Translations under genes and position numbers: made by a program
Part shown: piece by piece, positions 1-12,861 of the stretch
How positions within the stretch are numbered: position 1 is the stretch's first letter
Layout of the letters: each line of letters begins with the position of its first letter
Notes under the pieces: model-generated
Told to the model about the DNA's origin: nothing
Database searches by the model: none
What the model saw: the letters and a program-made list of their open reading frames with translations, nothing else
NCBI GenBank assembly: GCA_904063045.1
Contig: CAJFCJ010000007.1
Span: forward strand, 154,109-218,108
DNA length: 64,000 nt
From: Dimorphilus gyrociliatus
Taxonomy: Eukaryota > Animalia > Annelida
Direction of reading: 5' to 3'

Positions 1-1015
1 CAACAGTACTGGATGGGAAAGCAAAAGCTTCTTTTGATCTATTTATGAAATCTAGGGAATCTTTGAAAACATATAATGAAAAAAAAATGTAAAAAGACAA
101 AAATGGCGTTAGAGTGTTCGCGCTATACTCTTTAAACACGGAAGATAAATGTCAATATTGACTTTGGAAATTGCGGTGCACTGAACACGTTTCGATTCTG
201 TTTCAACGTCCGCCCATCTGCGAAGCAGGAAATGAAAGATTGCGTAATATTTCTGCTATAAAACTATATGAGTAGATAAATTTTCCTTCTCATTTCCTTT
301 TTAAAGAAAATTTCCTTGGACTAGAGAACGGTTAAATTCCTGCTCTTTATTCTTACCTGTTCTAGTTCCCTATTCGTATTCTTTAAACTTTTATACCAAT
401 TAGACTAAATAGATATTTCAAATTCCAACTCTCCCAGCAAAATTCATTGAATTGCGACAGATTTTTTGATAAATAAAATAATACACCAAATTTAGATGAT
501 TTCCCTCAGCCTTTTTCAACATTTGCATAAATTAAATGGAAAAGTATCATATATTTAAATGAGCTAACGCGCCATACAATCTTATGAGATTTCTCTCAAC
601 CCTCTGTCTATCCTTTTTCTCATTCTCTTTCCTCCCCTTTTAGCCATTTCCACTCCCCAAAATAGAATCTTATTAAAGGACATAAGATACGGAAAAAAAC
701 TTGTTTATATATACTGCATATCTATATATGTAAATAGTATAAAATTTATATATTAGTAATATAAATATCTAAAGTATATATTGTATATATAGCGTATATA
801 GTATATAGTATATAGTCTATATATACAGTATTTATATATATATATATATATATATACACAAAATCTAACACCGATAGCTGAGTTCCAACTTCCCTATGTT
901 TAAGTTAATAAAAGAAATTTTTGAAGTGAGTTAGTTAATTATTTGTTTCAAATATATCCGTAATTAAAACGAGAGAACAATCGATTTTTACTACAGGCTT
1001 CTAACGACATAGTAG

Positions 1016-1128
1016 CTGTAAAGGAGGCAAAATTTTCGGATAAAGAGCCTGATATTTTTTATCTTGCTCTCTCAGGCTTACCTAATGCGTTTAGCTGTAA
1101 TTGTTGAAGAGAAAATTATATGCCAATC
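1016..1128 (-). other. Candidate spliced minus-strand fragment: 47-nt exon (1128-1082) followed by a 66-nt intron (1081-1016)
   Basis: On the minus strand: acceptor tttacccttttttttag, exon, donor gtaagc, then an intron ending ttttgcctcctttacag. The intron size matches the confirmed introns in this window. No recognisable protein. Confidence 0.3.
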
Positions 1129-1361
1129 CTAAAAAAAAGGGTAAAAAAAAAGAATTTCTGATATACTGCATCATTTTAGTCAAGCCTTAACTTTACTTTT
1201 TCTTTTTGTTTAATTCTCTTGCAATAAAAAATCTAATTAATCTAATAAAACAGACAGCAAATTAAACAGCCTTTACGTTTTACTGTTTGTTTTTTTTTCT
1301 ATCTCTTTTGTAAAAACAGATCTAGTTTATTAGGAATTTGTGAAAAGAGTTCTTGGATTTG

Positions 1362-1449
1362 TTAAATTTTCTGCCATGTTCTCTCAGCCTGATCTAATCC
1401 GCGTAGCAGTGCATTTAGTGATGCCTGATAGCTGGTAGAATAGTCAGGA
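1362..1449 (-). CDS. Candidate terminal coding exon (PDYSTSYQASLNALLRGLDQAERTWQKI*), unidentified
   Basis: Strong acceptor (ctctctttctttttttaag) followed by a 28-codon frame to TAA. The other two frames stop early. No upstream exon was linked and no homology was recognised. Confidence 0.2.
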
Positions 1450-4400
1450 CTTAAAAAAAGAAAGAGAGATTGAGAGTAGCAAAAAGTAAAATACAAAAGA
1501 GAAGGGGTAGGGAGTCTATTACAATAGCATATGGTGACGAATGGGATAAGTTGATACTGAAGATGAAGAAAATGACTTTGGAAGTATGGAAATAAACTTA
1601 GTAAGAAAAAGAATTAAGTAGTATTAATTACCTAGAAATGGTAAAGGATACGCTTTTAAAAAATAAAAAGACCCTTATATATGATTAATCAAGTCTGATT
1701 TTATGGATATGGAAGAAAGATGACTTTCCCTGACCGACTCTACTATATAATATTTATCATTTTTTGTGGAGTGGTTTAAATTTTTTCTGTTAACGTTTGT
1801 ATTGTTAAAGGGAATGTTTACATTTATAGATCTTATGAATTGTATATTAAGTACATATCGATGGGTTCGCTGGGGGAGGCATAGTTATTCGAAGATCCTT
1901 TCATACGAAAGTATAGATTTCTATAAACCTATTGATTGTTGCAGGGGTGATCGTTTATAGATCAGATCCTGTAATTGTGCCAAAATCGACAATGAATGTA
2001 AAGGATGATATCTTAGATCTATTCATTACAAACGGAATCAAATTTTTCTTACATGTGTATTGATGAAATCATAGTTTACTTAGCAGTTGAACATAAAAGA
2101 TGTATTGTTTCTGTCCTTTCCGACTAGTCATTGAACGATAAAAGAATATATGAATGATAGTGTAGTAGCTAATTACTATTGTTGAAAAGTGAAATGAAAA
2201 AGATACCGGAAGCGCTTTAATCTTGTTTTGAGAAAGTAACTCTGTTACAAGCCTGGTTGTTTTTTTTTTGTTTTCAATAAGGATTGAAATAAGAAAACCC
2301 ATTTGTGGTCCAAAGTGTATAAAATAATTAAAATAAAATTACTATATTCCCGCAAAATTCCCTTTGGGCACGCAATTTTTATGTATTTTTAACCTTTTCC
2401 ATGGAAATATATTCCAAGTTGGTCCACTTTCATGCTAGTGAAGCTAGATATTGATTTTACAGATATAATTACGGGACTTTTCCGCCATTGACATTGTAAG
2501 AAATAGTCTCCAACCCTCCCTCCTCTCTGTTAGTCCACCCTGTTAATTTCTCACTCTCTAAGGATAAATAATCTCCCTTTTTCTGGAGTAAGGGCAATAA
2601 GCAGCTATTCGATCATCCCACATCCCAAAAGAACTACTAAAATTAATGCAGGTCTATTTAATATTTTAGGTCTAATCTTTACCGATCGAAATTTTATAAT
2701 TTATTACTTAGTTTATAGTATAATACTATCCTTTTGTACATGCTATTGGTTAATTAGTAAATTATGGCTGCCTTCTAAAAGGTTCAACAAGCCTTTTAAT
2801 GCATATATGCATAATTACAACCATTAAGCGGAAGATAATTGGCCTTTATAATATTCTTGATACACAAAATCATGTAATCAAGCAACCTATTAAAAAGGAA
2901 TTTGATATATTAATCGAAATTAATTATCAAAACTGATAAAGAATAATTTTAAAAGCGTACTTGAAATCATTCTCCTTAAATATCATAATTGACAAACATT
3001 AAACACTTTTATTCTGTTTTTTTTCATTTTCACTTTTTTATTATGAAAATCATAAAATAGAAAATTATCGACAAGTTTGTTTTTCTTTTTTTTTCGACCC
3101 TAGAATAAATGGGGTTAATTGGAAAATTATCGACTGAATACAAAAGGGATTTTGGAATGTTTTTCCCATTGTTGTATTATTGTTTATCTTGTTTTCGTTT
3201 AATTACGAGAAAGAAAATAAATTAATACTTATAAGTAAATGATTTTGGCAGAGAGGCCAACGCAAAGAGTAAGGGTATAGAGAAGAGGTAACAAGGGATA
3301 AAAATCGAGTATATGTACTATACTGCAGTATATTCTTACGTTGGGAGACGATCGATAGAAATAGATTAAAAGGTTGCCACTGACGTAATTGATAGGCATA
3401 ATCTACGATCTAGACGAGGAAATATTATGCGTCAGTGGCATGTTTCATTTGGCCAAGTGTTTTTTTCGCCATGCCGATAATCGATGCATATTGATAGAGT
3501 TTGATAGATGACTTATTAAAAACCGTCTAGTCAGCGTATAAATTGAACCATTCTTTTTAAAAAGCTGATAAAAATAGGCGAAATAAAAGCACTAAATCCT
3601 TTCTTTCTTATCCTTCAACACCGTTTTCTCCTTCTTTTTATAGCAAAAAGTAAAAAATAGTAGAGGCAAAGAGAAAAATGAAAAAAAAACAAATTAACGT
3701 TCCGTCCAGTCAAATGAAATGAATTATGGAGAAAAGGAATAATAGATAAACCTATCCAAAATCCTTTAACGTTGTCGATTCAATTAGGAAAGGATATCAT
3801 GCTATAAAAAAATTCATTATATGGAAAAATACTAAGTATTCATCAATTATTTCATTTTGATCGGTAAAATATTCCTTCTTTCAATAATAGTAGCATAATA
3901 CTGCAAATATTGGAAGGTTTTTTTAAAGTTTTCTCAAAGCAAGACATTTAAAAAGCAAGTTTAAGTGTCTAGACAATCTTTTAAATGAAAAAGTATACGA
4001 CATCGCAAACACAGCATCACGCGTTATCCTTCGAGTAAACTATTTAGTATAATGTTTTCTCAAATTAATGATGGTTCTAAATGGCATTTATCATTGGATG
4101 TAAGAAACAGTTGCAAAGGGGAGAAGGAGAATGAACGAAGAATGAGTAAAATTGTGAAATATACCGACGGTAGATAAACGCTAATGAGGGTCGTCAGTGA
4201 CGTTCATATTCTTTTAGTAGAATATTTTAGAACGGAAATAATTAGAATAGCTTTTAAGAAAAAAGATCCTCTCTAACTGTACTTCACATTTCTCCTATTT
4301 CACTCATGGAAAAGAGCAACTGTAGGGACCAGAGAAACGAAAGAAAAATTTATTTTCGCTAATAAAATTAACGACCAAAACGATTTTACTGGACGTTGTG

Positions 4401-6063
4401 TAGGAAATCTTGTACGAAGGATGGCGTTAAAAAAACTGACGCCTAATCGATGGGGGAAATTCGCAATTTCCGTTCGCGTAAGACAGGGGACGACGGAATC
4501 GAACAGCGTTGAAATGGACGCTGGTCAGGCTCGACCGACTATTAAATTGTTCGAATGACGCTGCTGTGTCGGAATTTTGTTAAGTGAGTCGACCTGTTTG
4601 ACCCCTGCTATGAGAGGAAAGGATGAGTTTTTTAGACTGGTAACCTATTGACGTTCCAATGATTACGGAACCCCATTCGATGATACAGCTGAATGACTAT
4701 TGATGGACCAACGTTTAGGAGTTTCCGATTCATTAACTGTATTTCAAAAGTTTCTTTACATTAAAGAAAGTATTGAATAGAGATTAATAATTTGATATAA
4801 GGGAAGAAATGAAAAAAGAGGATTCCCTCAAAAAAAAACCGAAAATAAACAAGGTTATAGTTCAACCTCATCTATATATCTCAAATATATACATCTGTAT
4901 ATATATATACACAATAAACTATAACTAATAAATATAGCTTATAGACGCTATTCTTCCCTGAAAGAAAAAAAAATGGAATATTTTCCAAATTTCATCGATT
5001 TTACTAGGACGGGGCAATTTCGCAACTAATTTAATTGTTACCATAGAACCGTACGTTGAAAGAAAAAGTAAAAGTATAAAGAAAAATAAACGAACCAAAT
5101 TCATTGCCAATATGTTTTAACGATCCTGTCGTTGCCTTAAATTAGTAGTATTCATTTTGAACAACTTTAATAATTCATTTTTATTTTAACACTCTACTTC
5201 TATCATTCAAACTGTTAAAAGGATCTTGTTTTACATTCTTAAATTAAGATACTTAAGTACAAAAAATAGATAAAAAGATTAAAAAGCCCTAGAAAGCTAT
5301 TAGAAATAAGAGTCAAAGATTAATTAACACTAAATCAATCAAAAATTTATAGATTTCTTGCATTTCGATTCTTATTAAAAATAAAATAAAAAGTAAATTA
5401 AAGAATATTGTTTCTTATCAATAATAAAATATATAATAAAAAGGATTTGTTATTGCTGAAATTATACTTAAAAATCATTAACATTTGGCGCTTAATTATA
5501 TAAAAGACAAATTACGTGAGTGCATAGTTTACTCAGTATTATTCTATTAGCATCACAGTAAATCAATGGTAGCAATTACAGATAGTGCTAGAATGAATTA
5601 GTGTAATTCAATAAAATAAGAAAAGAAGACGATGAAACAGACCAAAAGGTATAAAAACTTAATGAATAAGTACTATAATTATACATTAATAAAGATATAG
5701 GACATTTATAACATCAACATTTCTAAAAAACGAAAATATAATGTTATATAAACTATATGTGCATATATATTTTTCTAAAAGGTAGAAGATATGCATTGTG
5801 TACGCTTTATGCTATTGACTTTACATTTACCACCCTATAGAATGATGATAATAAGGTAAATTTATTTGTATATTTCATATTTTACTAATGAATTAAGTAG
5901 GAAATTAACGTCCAACTGTTTTGGGGCTTGCATAAGAAATCATGCCAACTACTTTATATTCTTCAAAGTTTAATTAAAAAGGCACATGATGTAGGAGATA
6001 TAATATCTTTTAAACAGCTAGATATTTACATATATTGATTTGAATACTGCAGATTATCAGTAA

Positions 6064-6068
<5 letters not shown>

Positions 6069-6104
<36 letters not shown>
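6069..6104. repeat. (TA)n microsatellite; similar runs at about 832-856, 15008-15032, 21308-21333, 23822-23867, 27903-27928 and elsewhere
   Basis: Read directly from the sequence. Confidence 0.95.
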
Positions 6105-6106
<2 letters not shown>

Positions 6107-9100
6107 TAATGAGGAGGAAAGAGGAAATGAAACATCAAATGTTACAAGCAATTGAACGGTGTAATAATTGGAAATTCTCCCCAACCATATATTTCTGTTA
6201 CGTTTTTCCTCTATTTTTTATATTTGATCGTCATTCTCCTCACCTAGATCTCCTGTTTTCCTCCTTATTTTCCCTAGATCATTCCAATTTTTCGTTCTGT
6301 CCGTTGTGGACTTGTCTGTTTTCGTCTATTTAACAACGAACAAGCGTGAGTTAGCATAATTTTATAAGGGAAAGGTTAATTGAATTTTAAAAAAGACACT
6401 CGTCTTTCTTGAAGTCCTGTCAAGAAATATTTCGAATGATATGACGTATATAAAAGCTTTTATATTCATTCCCCTTCATCTTTCTCTCTCTCTCTCTCCC
6501 TCACTCTCTCTCTCTGTCCCATTCCAACCTCTTTTCTACGTAAGTACTCTATTTGCATATTGCAAACAAGAAAAAAATTCAATACAATATTTTGATAGAG
6601 AATGTATATGGAAAGATAATTTGCATGGAAACTTTATATTATAGATATATAACCTTAAATTCTTTATGGTCCTGTCTTTATGACAATAATATTTAAGTGA
6701 AGAATAGTAAAACGTAGCAAAATATAAAATAAATTTGAATATTTATTGTCAGAAAAGTAAAGAAATTATAATAGAAAAAGAAGGGATGCGAAAAACTGGT
6801 GCGAAAATGTCACAAATTAAGTCGAAGACATTAAAAATTTATATCTATACAGCGCTGTTAAGCATGCAAATTTACAGACAGTCGATCGCCTTTCCTATTC
6901 TTCCACATGTATTCTTTGTCCTTTTAAAAAGAAAACAAGGAACGGAAGCGTTAATTTTTAAAATGGGGGCAATCGATATCCAATTATAACGATCTTAGAA
7001 CGGCTTACTAAGAAAGAGACTATTCTACCACCTTCCCTATATAGATTTCTCTTTACAATTCTCTTTTATCTATTCTTATTTATCCCACACTGACCAATCT
7101 ATTATTAAAAAATTCCGAAATGATATTCTTCGGAAATATTGAATGAAACTTCCCGCTTTCCTTCATTAATAAAATAACATATATTAATTTTAAACATATA
7201 CTATTACTTCTAAGAGCTTCATAGATATTGAGAAACTTTTTATTATCTATTTGCCCCTTTAATTGTAATAAGGAGACTTACTTTACCTTTTTTGAAAGTT
7301 AGATCAGCCATTAGGCGCATTAGGGGCACAATTGCATAGTAAATTCACTACATTAAGTATTAGAGTGAGTGGATGCATGTGAAAGAAAGGAATAGAGAGC
7401 CAGATGAAACTGAAAGAAGGAAATAGCATTTAGAAAGGATTAGTCAAAGAAGGGAAGGTATAAAGAAAGTGAGGAGGAGTAGTGAAGGATTTTAGATTTA
7501 ACTTAAATAAAAACATATGAGTTCTAGAATGTTCTTCGTGTAGCTTAACACACGTTTTGCTTGAGGATAAGTTTTTACTTCTCCTCCCTTAAACTGCGGA
7601 GAAATGGCTTGCAAAGTGCTTTTGAAGAAGCGATGAGTTTTACCCGAAGTAGATTTATGTTGTAGTGGCTTTGAAGGCTATACGTATTTTTATGCCTCAG
7701 CGAATCTTCTAATAGGACAATAGATAGACTATTTATCTTCTAATTTTATTTTTATTCTATCCCGTGTGGAGTCGACCATTCTTTTTTTCATTTTTCCAAG
7801 CGTTTCCAATAGAAAAGTCTACTGAAAAGAACAAGAGTAGAAAGTTCATTCGCCTCTTGTCATCTTCAATAGTCCTATTTTATTACTATTTCATAAGAAG
7901 AATTGTTATATTTATTGGTATATATATACCGTAAATTCTATTTGAACTGTCAAGCGAATGTTTTACTTCAAATTATTTCTTTTATTGATTACAAAAAAAA
8001 GAGATTGCGAGAAAATAACAAATGACACTCCTTTGTTCGATCATTTACATTATCTCCGCTTCTTTTATAACCAATTGTTCCTTTTTATCTCATTTTATAA
8101 TTACATTTTTAATATGATTATACATATTTCTTATATTTCTTAATGAATTAAATCTGCAAAGAACCGTTCATTCAATTCATTGTGTCTATTTATATATAGT
8201 ATGCGCTTCATGTATAATGAAATTAAACGCTTTAAACGCTATCATTAGTATATACAGTTTATATATATATATATATATATATTAGGTACGTTGTTAAATG
8301 TGTAAATAAATTAAATAATCAAGGACTATAAAATATCGCATTATTTCCATATGTGACAATGATTTAATATCGGATTAACCCAATCCTTCTTTGAAGCAAC
8401 ATAAACGCGATAAGCAAGACTACGTGATGAAACGCTAACTGAGTAATACAATATGTGGTCAGTTATAGGATTCTATATATAAAACGCTATTTCTGTCATC
8501 ATTCGATTTTCACTTGGAAAAACCAAGATTAATGATATCGGATGGCTACGTGATTGGAAGTTTAAACACCAATAATTTATAAACAGGAAAAAGAAAATAT
8601 GCATTAAAAAATTCGATGTCTAGATAAAAAAAAAAGTACAGTAAAATTGAAATAGATATTGTAGACGCTCAGGCGTCACGCAATTCTCCAACGAAAGATA
8701 GACATTTTTTTTTCTTTTCTTTTTTTGAGGAATGAATTTATTATATTATTCCATTCCTTAGATAGTAGATATTGTAATTCTTTAATCGACCAAGAAGGAG
8801 AATTCTATAAGAAAGTTTATTGAAATCAAGCTGCTGACGTTTCCATTCATTTAAACTATACAATGAAGCCTGAGAAGGTGACGTTGTGAGGACGTCACTT
8901 TCCTTTCGTCTTAGCATTCTTTTCTATACCATTAATGCTTTTAAAAAATCTGCAATAAACTTCTTGAAGTACATCAGTTGCCGAGAATATATTTACAATA
9001 ATCTACCTATCTGAAAGAAAGCTTTTCGTTTTCTTCTTGCAAAGAATTGCAACAGGATCCTTAAAACTCGCAAGGAAAAGGATTCCATAATGCACTGCAT

Positions 9101-11994
9101 TAATTTTCTTTTCTTTCATCACGAGGTTATCTGTTTATACCGTCCTTGGTCATCAATCAGATTCGCCATAATTAGTTCTTAAAAAAGTTGAAATATCATA
9201 TGAATTTTACAAGAAAAGTTGGAAAATTCTCAAAAAATGATCTATTTAACGTTTACCTAATGAGAAAACATTAAAGTAACAAGGAGGAAAGTATAAAGGA
9301 AGAGCGTTTGTATACTAAAAGAGAATTTTCCATCATGATTTCCTTTAGAACAAAGGCGGAGTTATTAAATAAGGAAATAAGATAAACTAAAAACGGTGAT
9401 GTTCTAACAGATAACTGACACTTAATTTCGATTCTTCTGTTGTTACTTTTTCTTTTAAACCATACAAATAGTATTTACATTAGGTTAATGTCTATATTAA
9501 ATTTTAATACAATCGAAGATTAAATGTACTGCAACAAATACGCTAAAAGAAAAATTGATTTTACGTAAAAAAATCTTTTCTTCTTCTTTCTTCTACTTTT
9601 AACCATCATTCGTGCTACTCATAAAACATCTGTATGAGTAGCAACGCTGTTAAGAGAAGACAAGAAGAGGACTTGCAAAGCTTTTGTCCAAACCAGAACG
9701 AAGATCATCAATCAAGGCCGTAATTAGCAACAGCAGCAATTGCAATCGACTGCAAAGCTCTTCCGTCTCGATTCTCTTGTCAGATTTCAAGACAGACTTA
9801 GATTAGCTTTATATATATATGTCGATTTGCAACAAGTCGGTTTACGTATAATCCAAGTGATTGGTGTTCTCAAACTGGAAATATCGGATAGGCTAACTAT
9901 CATATTAATTGCTCCCTGAAGAGAGGCAGTTGCACCTGGTATCATCCACAGACGCAGGTGCAGCATTATCCTTCAGATTCTTTGTTTTTGACTAGTAGCT
10001 GAATCTGCGTACAATTAAACCACCAAAGCGCCTGGTAGAAAAAAAAAGACCTTGCCCACAGAGCTGGAAAGCGAAGGACGCATGGGAACGTGATGTGCAT
10101 ACAATGGATACGGATGAAAATTGAAATCAGTGAAAAGGAACATCAACAAAAAGCTATATCGTTTAAATACTAATTTAAACTATACAAAAATGTATACTAA
10201 CAAGGAAATTCCTCATATAACCATCAGTTGTAATAAGATTCATTTCTTGACGTTGATGAAGCAAACAACGGGAATTTAGAATAATTTGCATAATGATTAA
10301 TGACTTAAAACTGGAAAAGTTTCTAAAATTTCCAATTAAAACTAGATTGAGCAACTGAAAAGCTCAGAACATCACGTTTTGGAATGTAATTGTATACAAT
10401 TCCTCGTCTCAATGGTGCAACACCCTCTCTCCCAGTTTTCTTTGTATAGAAAATATCGTCTATGCTGATTAAAGCGTTCCTTTGACCTTCCAAGAATCGA
10501 ACATTATACTAAGAAGGGGTAATTTTCAGCGGAAATGGGTTTTAGTATTCTTATCTCATTTGTATACCGCCTATAGTCTGTCAATAGGAGATAATTTAAA
10601 AAATTTCAACTGTCCCATTATCTCTTTGCAAAAATAAGAAAATGCATTACTATACAGTATATGTGAAGATAACCAATATCCTAGAAAGGAATTCTTCCGT
10701 GACAGATTGACTTACCAACCTTAAAAGGGTAAAGAAAAGAAAAAACTTAACTCATTTTCCGTAAACGTCTTGGGAATAAGGTCTGCTAACAAAGCAAATT
10801 GATCACGTGATGCAAGGTAACAAAAAAGAAACCCCCTAAATCTAGGAACCCATTTTGAATAATTCTTTGGATTTCCCTTCGATTTTTAACACATCTAGGT
10901 TAATTCTCCATTAATTTATTTTAACTCCCTCTAGCCCTTTCTGTGAAAAGAGAAATTCCTAAGAAGAATAAAAGAAAAGTACTTTTCAACGTTGGACCTA
11001 GACCTAGATTCTATAACGAACCGAAATAAAAGGGTAACGCTCAAGGGAGCGTTTGTTGGTAGTTCGATTCGGTCATATATTGCTTATAGTGTGCTGACGT
11101 GGCTAAAGGTCGGAGGGTTATTTGTCAAAACCTCGGCTCAAAGGCCCGCTAAGGGCATCTTTTGCATGAGAGGATCTTTAAGAGAAAAACAAAGAATAGC
11201 GTTTATACATTATACAAACCGCATACACAAATACTATATATATATATATATAGTGTATAGTATGCTGTTTCGTATAGTACTTCCTAATATATATACGAAT
11301 TTGTACTCTCTATACATATTTATTATAAACAGAATCTATAACTTATTTATAAGTCAATGAATTTAGTTTTCTTCGCCTCTCTTCTTCTCCTGAAACTCAG
11401 TAGACTAGTATAATTGAACTTATTCTGCTCTTTATTCGCTAAGAGTTAGTTGATAAAATTGTATAAGAGACTATATTTCTGGAAGGTCGTAAACCTTCTT
11501 AACCTATTTTAAATTACTTTATAAGTAATCAAGAGCTTCTCTGCAATCAGTTTGTGAGTACCATAATCTCCAGAATTTATCCTGTTAAGGCGATTTATCT
11601 CCCCAATTGTTCATATTGAAAAAGCTAATAGTTTGTAATTAATAGATATTCACATTTAGCCTATAATGAAGCCTTTTTCACCATCTGAATCTGTTTTAAT
11701 TAATCGAATTTAATATTCAATGAATTGTAGCTAAATATAAACATGTTTTCTCTTTCAAGCAAGACCAATTTTACTCTTCTATCATTTATTGATTTTTTCC
11801 TTTGATAAATACTAAAAAATCCCAATTACATCGAATTAAACTTCTTGCTATTAGATACTCTCGAAAGGGAAAACAATCAATATTTTCCACAAGCTATTTA
11901 TATCTTTTTTTTCTATATACAATGTAAAAATCCTAATGATTTTATAAGAATTTTGTAGTATTAATAAAATAAAGGAAGAGAATAGTGTGCTAAA

Positions 11995-12026
<32 letters not shown>

Positions 12027-12849
12027 AAAGAGAGTTAGGAGTGACATAAATAAAATACAAAAAAATACTTGTGAATAGTTTGATAAATAGATAAAGAGAA
12101 AATAAAGAAATCTTTTGTCAAGTGAATCGTTAGGAGAAGACAAAAGACACAATGTATAAAAAAAGGAACATATACTGTAGAATATATTATTACAGCAAAC
12201 ATTAGCACTTGTTGCATCCCTGTATATTTAGATCTTTTAATAGTTTTCTTCCCTTAACTATCATATTTTAAGTTATTATAAAAACTTGTAAATATATAGC
12301 TTTATTAGGATAAACGTGTCTATATTTAATATATTCATTTATCATATAAATCAAATACGAAGACGAACATCTACTTTAAAATATTCTATATATATTTATT
12401 GTATATCTATATATGTAAAATGTATGTTTATATTTGCTAAACGTACACAGCCACACACACACACATATATAAATTTATATATAGTATATTGTTTCTTTTG
12501 GTGTATGGCATTTCAACGACAAACATTAAATAGTAACTGTTCTATATATTGTATTTTCATCACATAGTTTCTTCTTTTATTTTCCGCCTTTTTAAGCCCT
12601 TATTTCTACGGCCGTAATACACCCACTGAATCACTGCAGTCGTTCGACTAACGTCATAATCAGATTTGTTCGAGTATAGATTAAAGCAAGACGGCAACCA
12701 GACAACCTAATAATATAAGTTTGACGTTCCATCGAGCCATTTGTACGTCACTGGTTTTTTTTGTCATTAAACAAATTGCAGTTAGTATAACATCTAAGAA
12801 AGATTCACGCATATTTATTGCAAGTACTAAAAGTAGGGATATTTTAAAA

Positions 12850-12861
12850 CAGCGCCATCTA
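12850..12861 (-). promoter_or_regulatory. CTCF-like motif (TAGATGGCGCTG)
   Basis: Matches the AGRTGGCGC core of the CTCF motif. It also overlaps a YY1-type ATGGCG core. Binding is untested. Confidence 0.45.

Noticed and set aside
6244-6345. Apparent exons at the same place on both strands (minus TKTDKSTT...; plus IIPIFRSV... or SFQFFVLSVVDL...), and micro-exon candidates near 2463, 10716, 16890, 20150, 20693 and 22939
   Set aside because: Purine/pyrimidine asymmetry generates plausible splice sites on either strand. They could not be chained into a recognisable protein.
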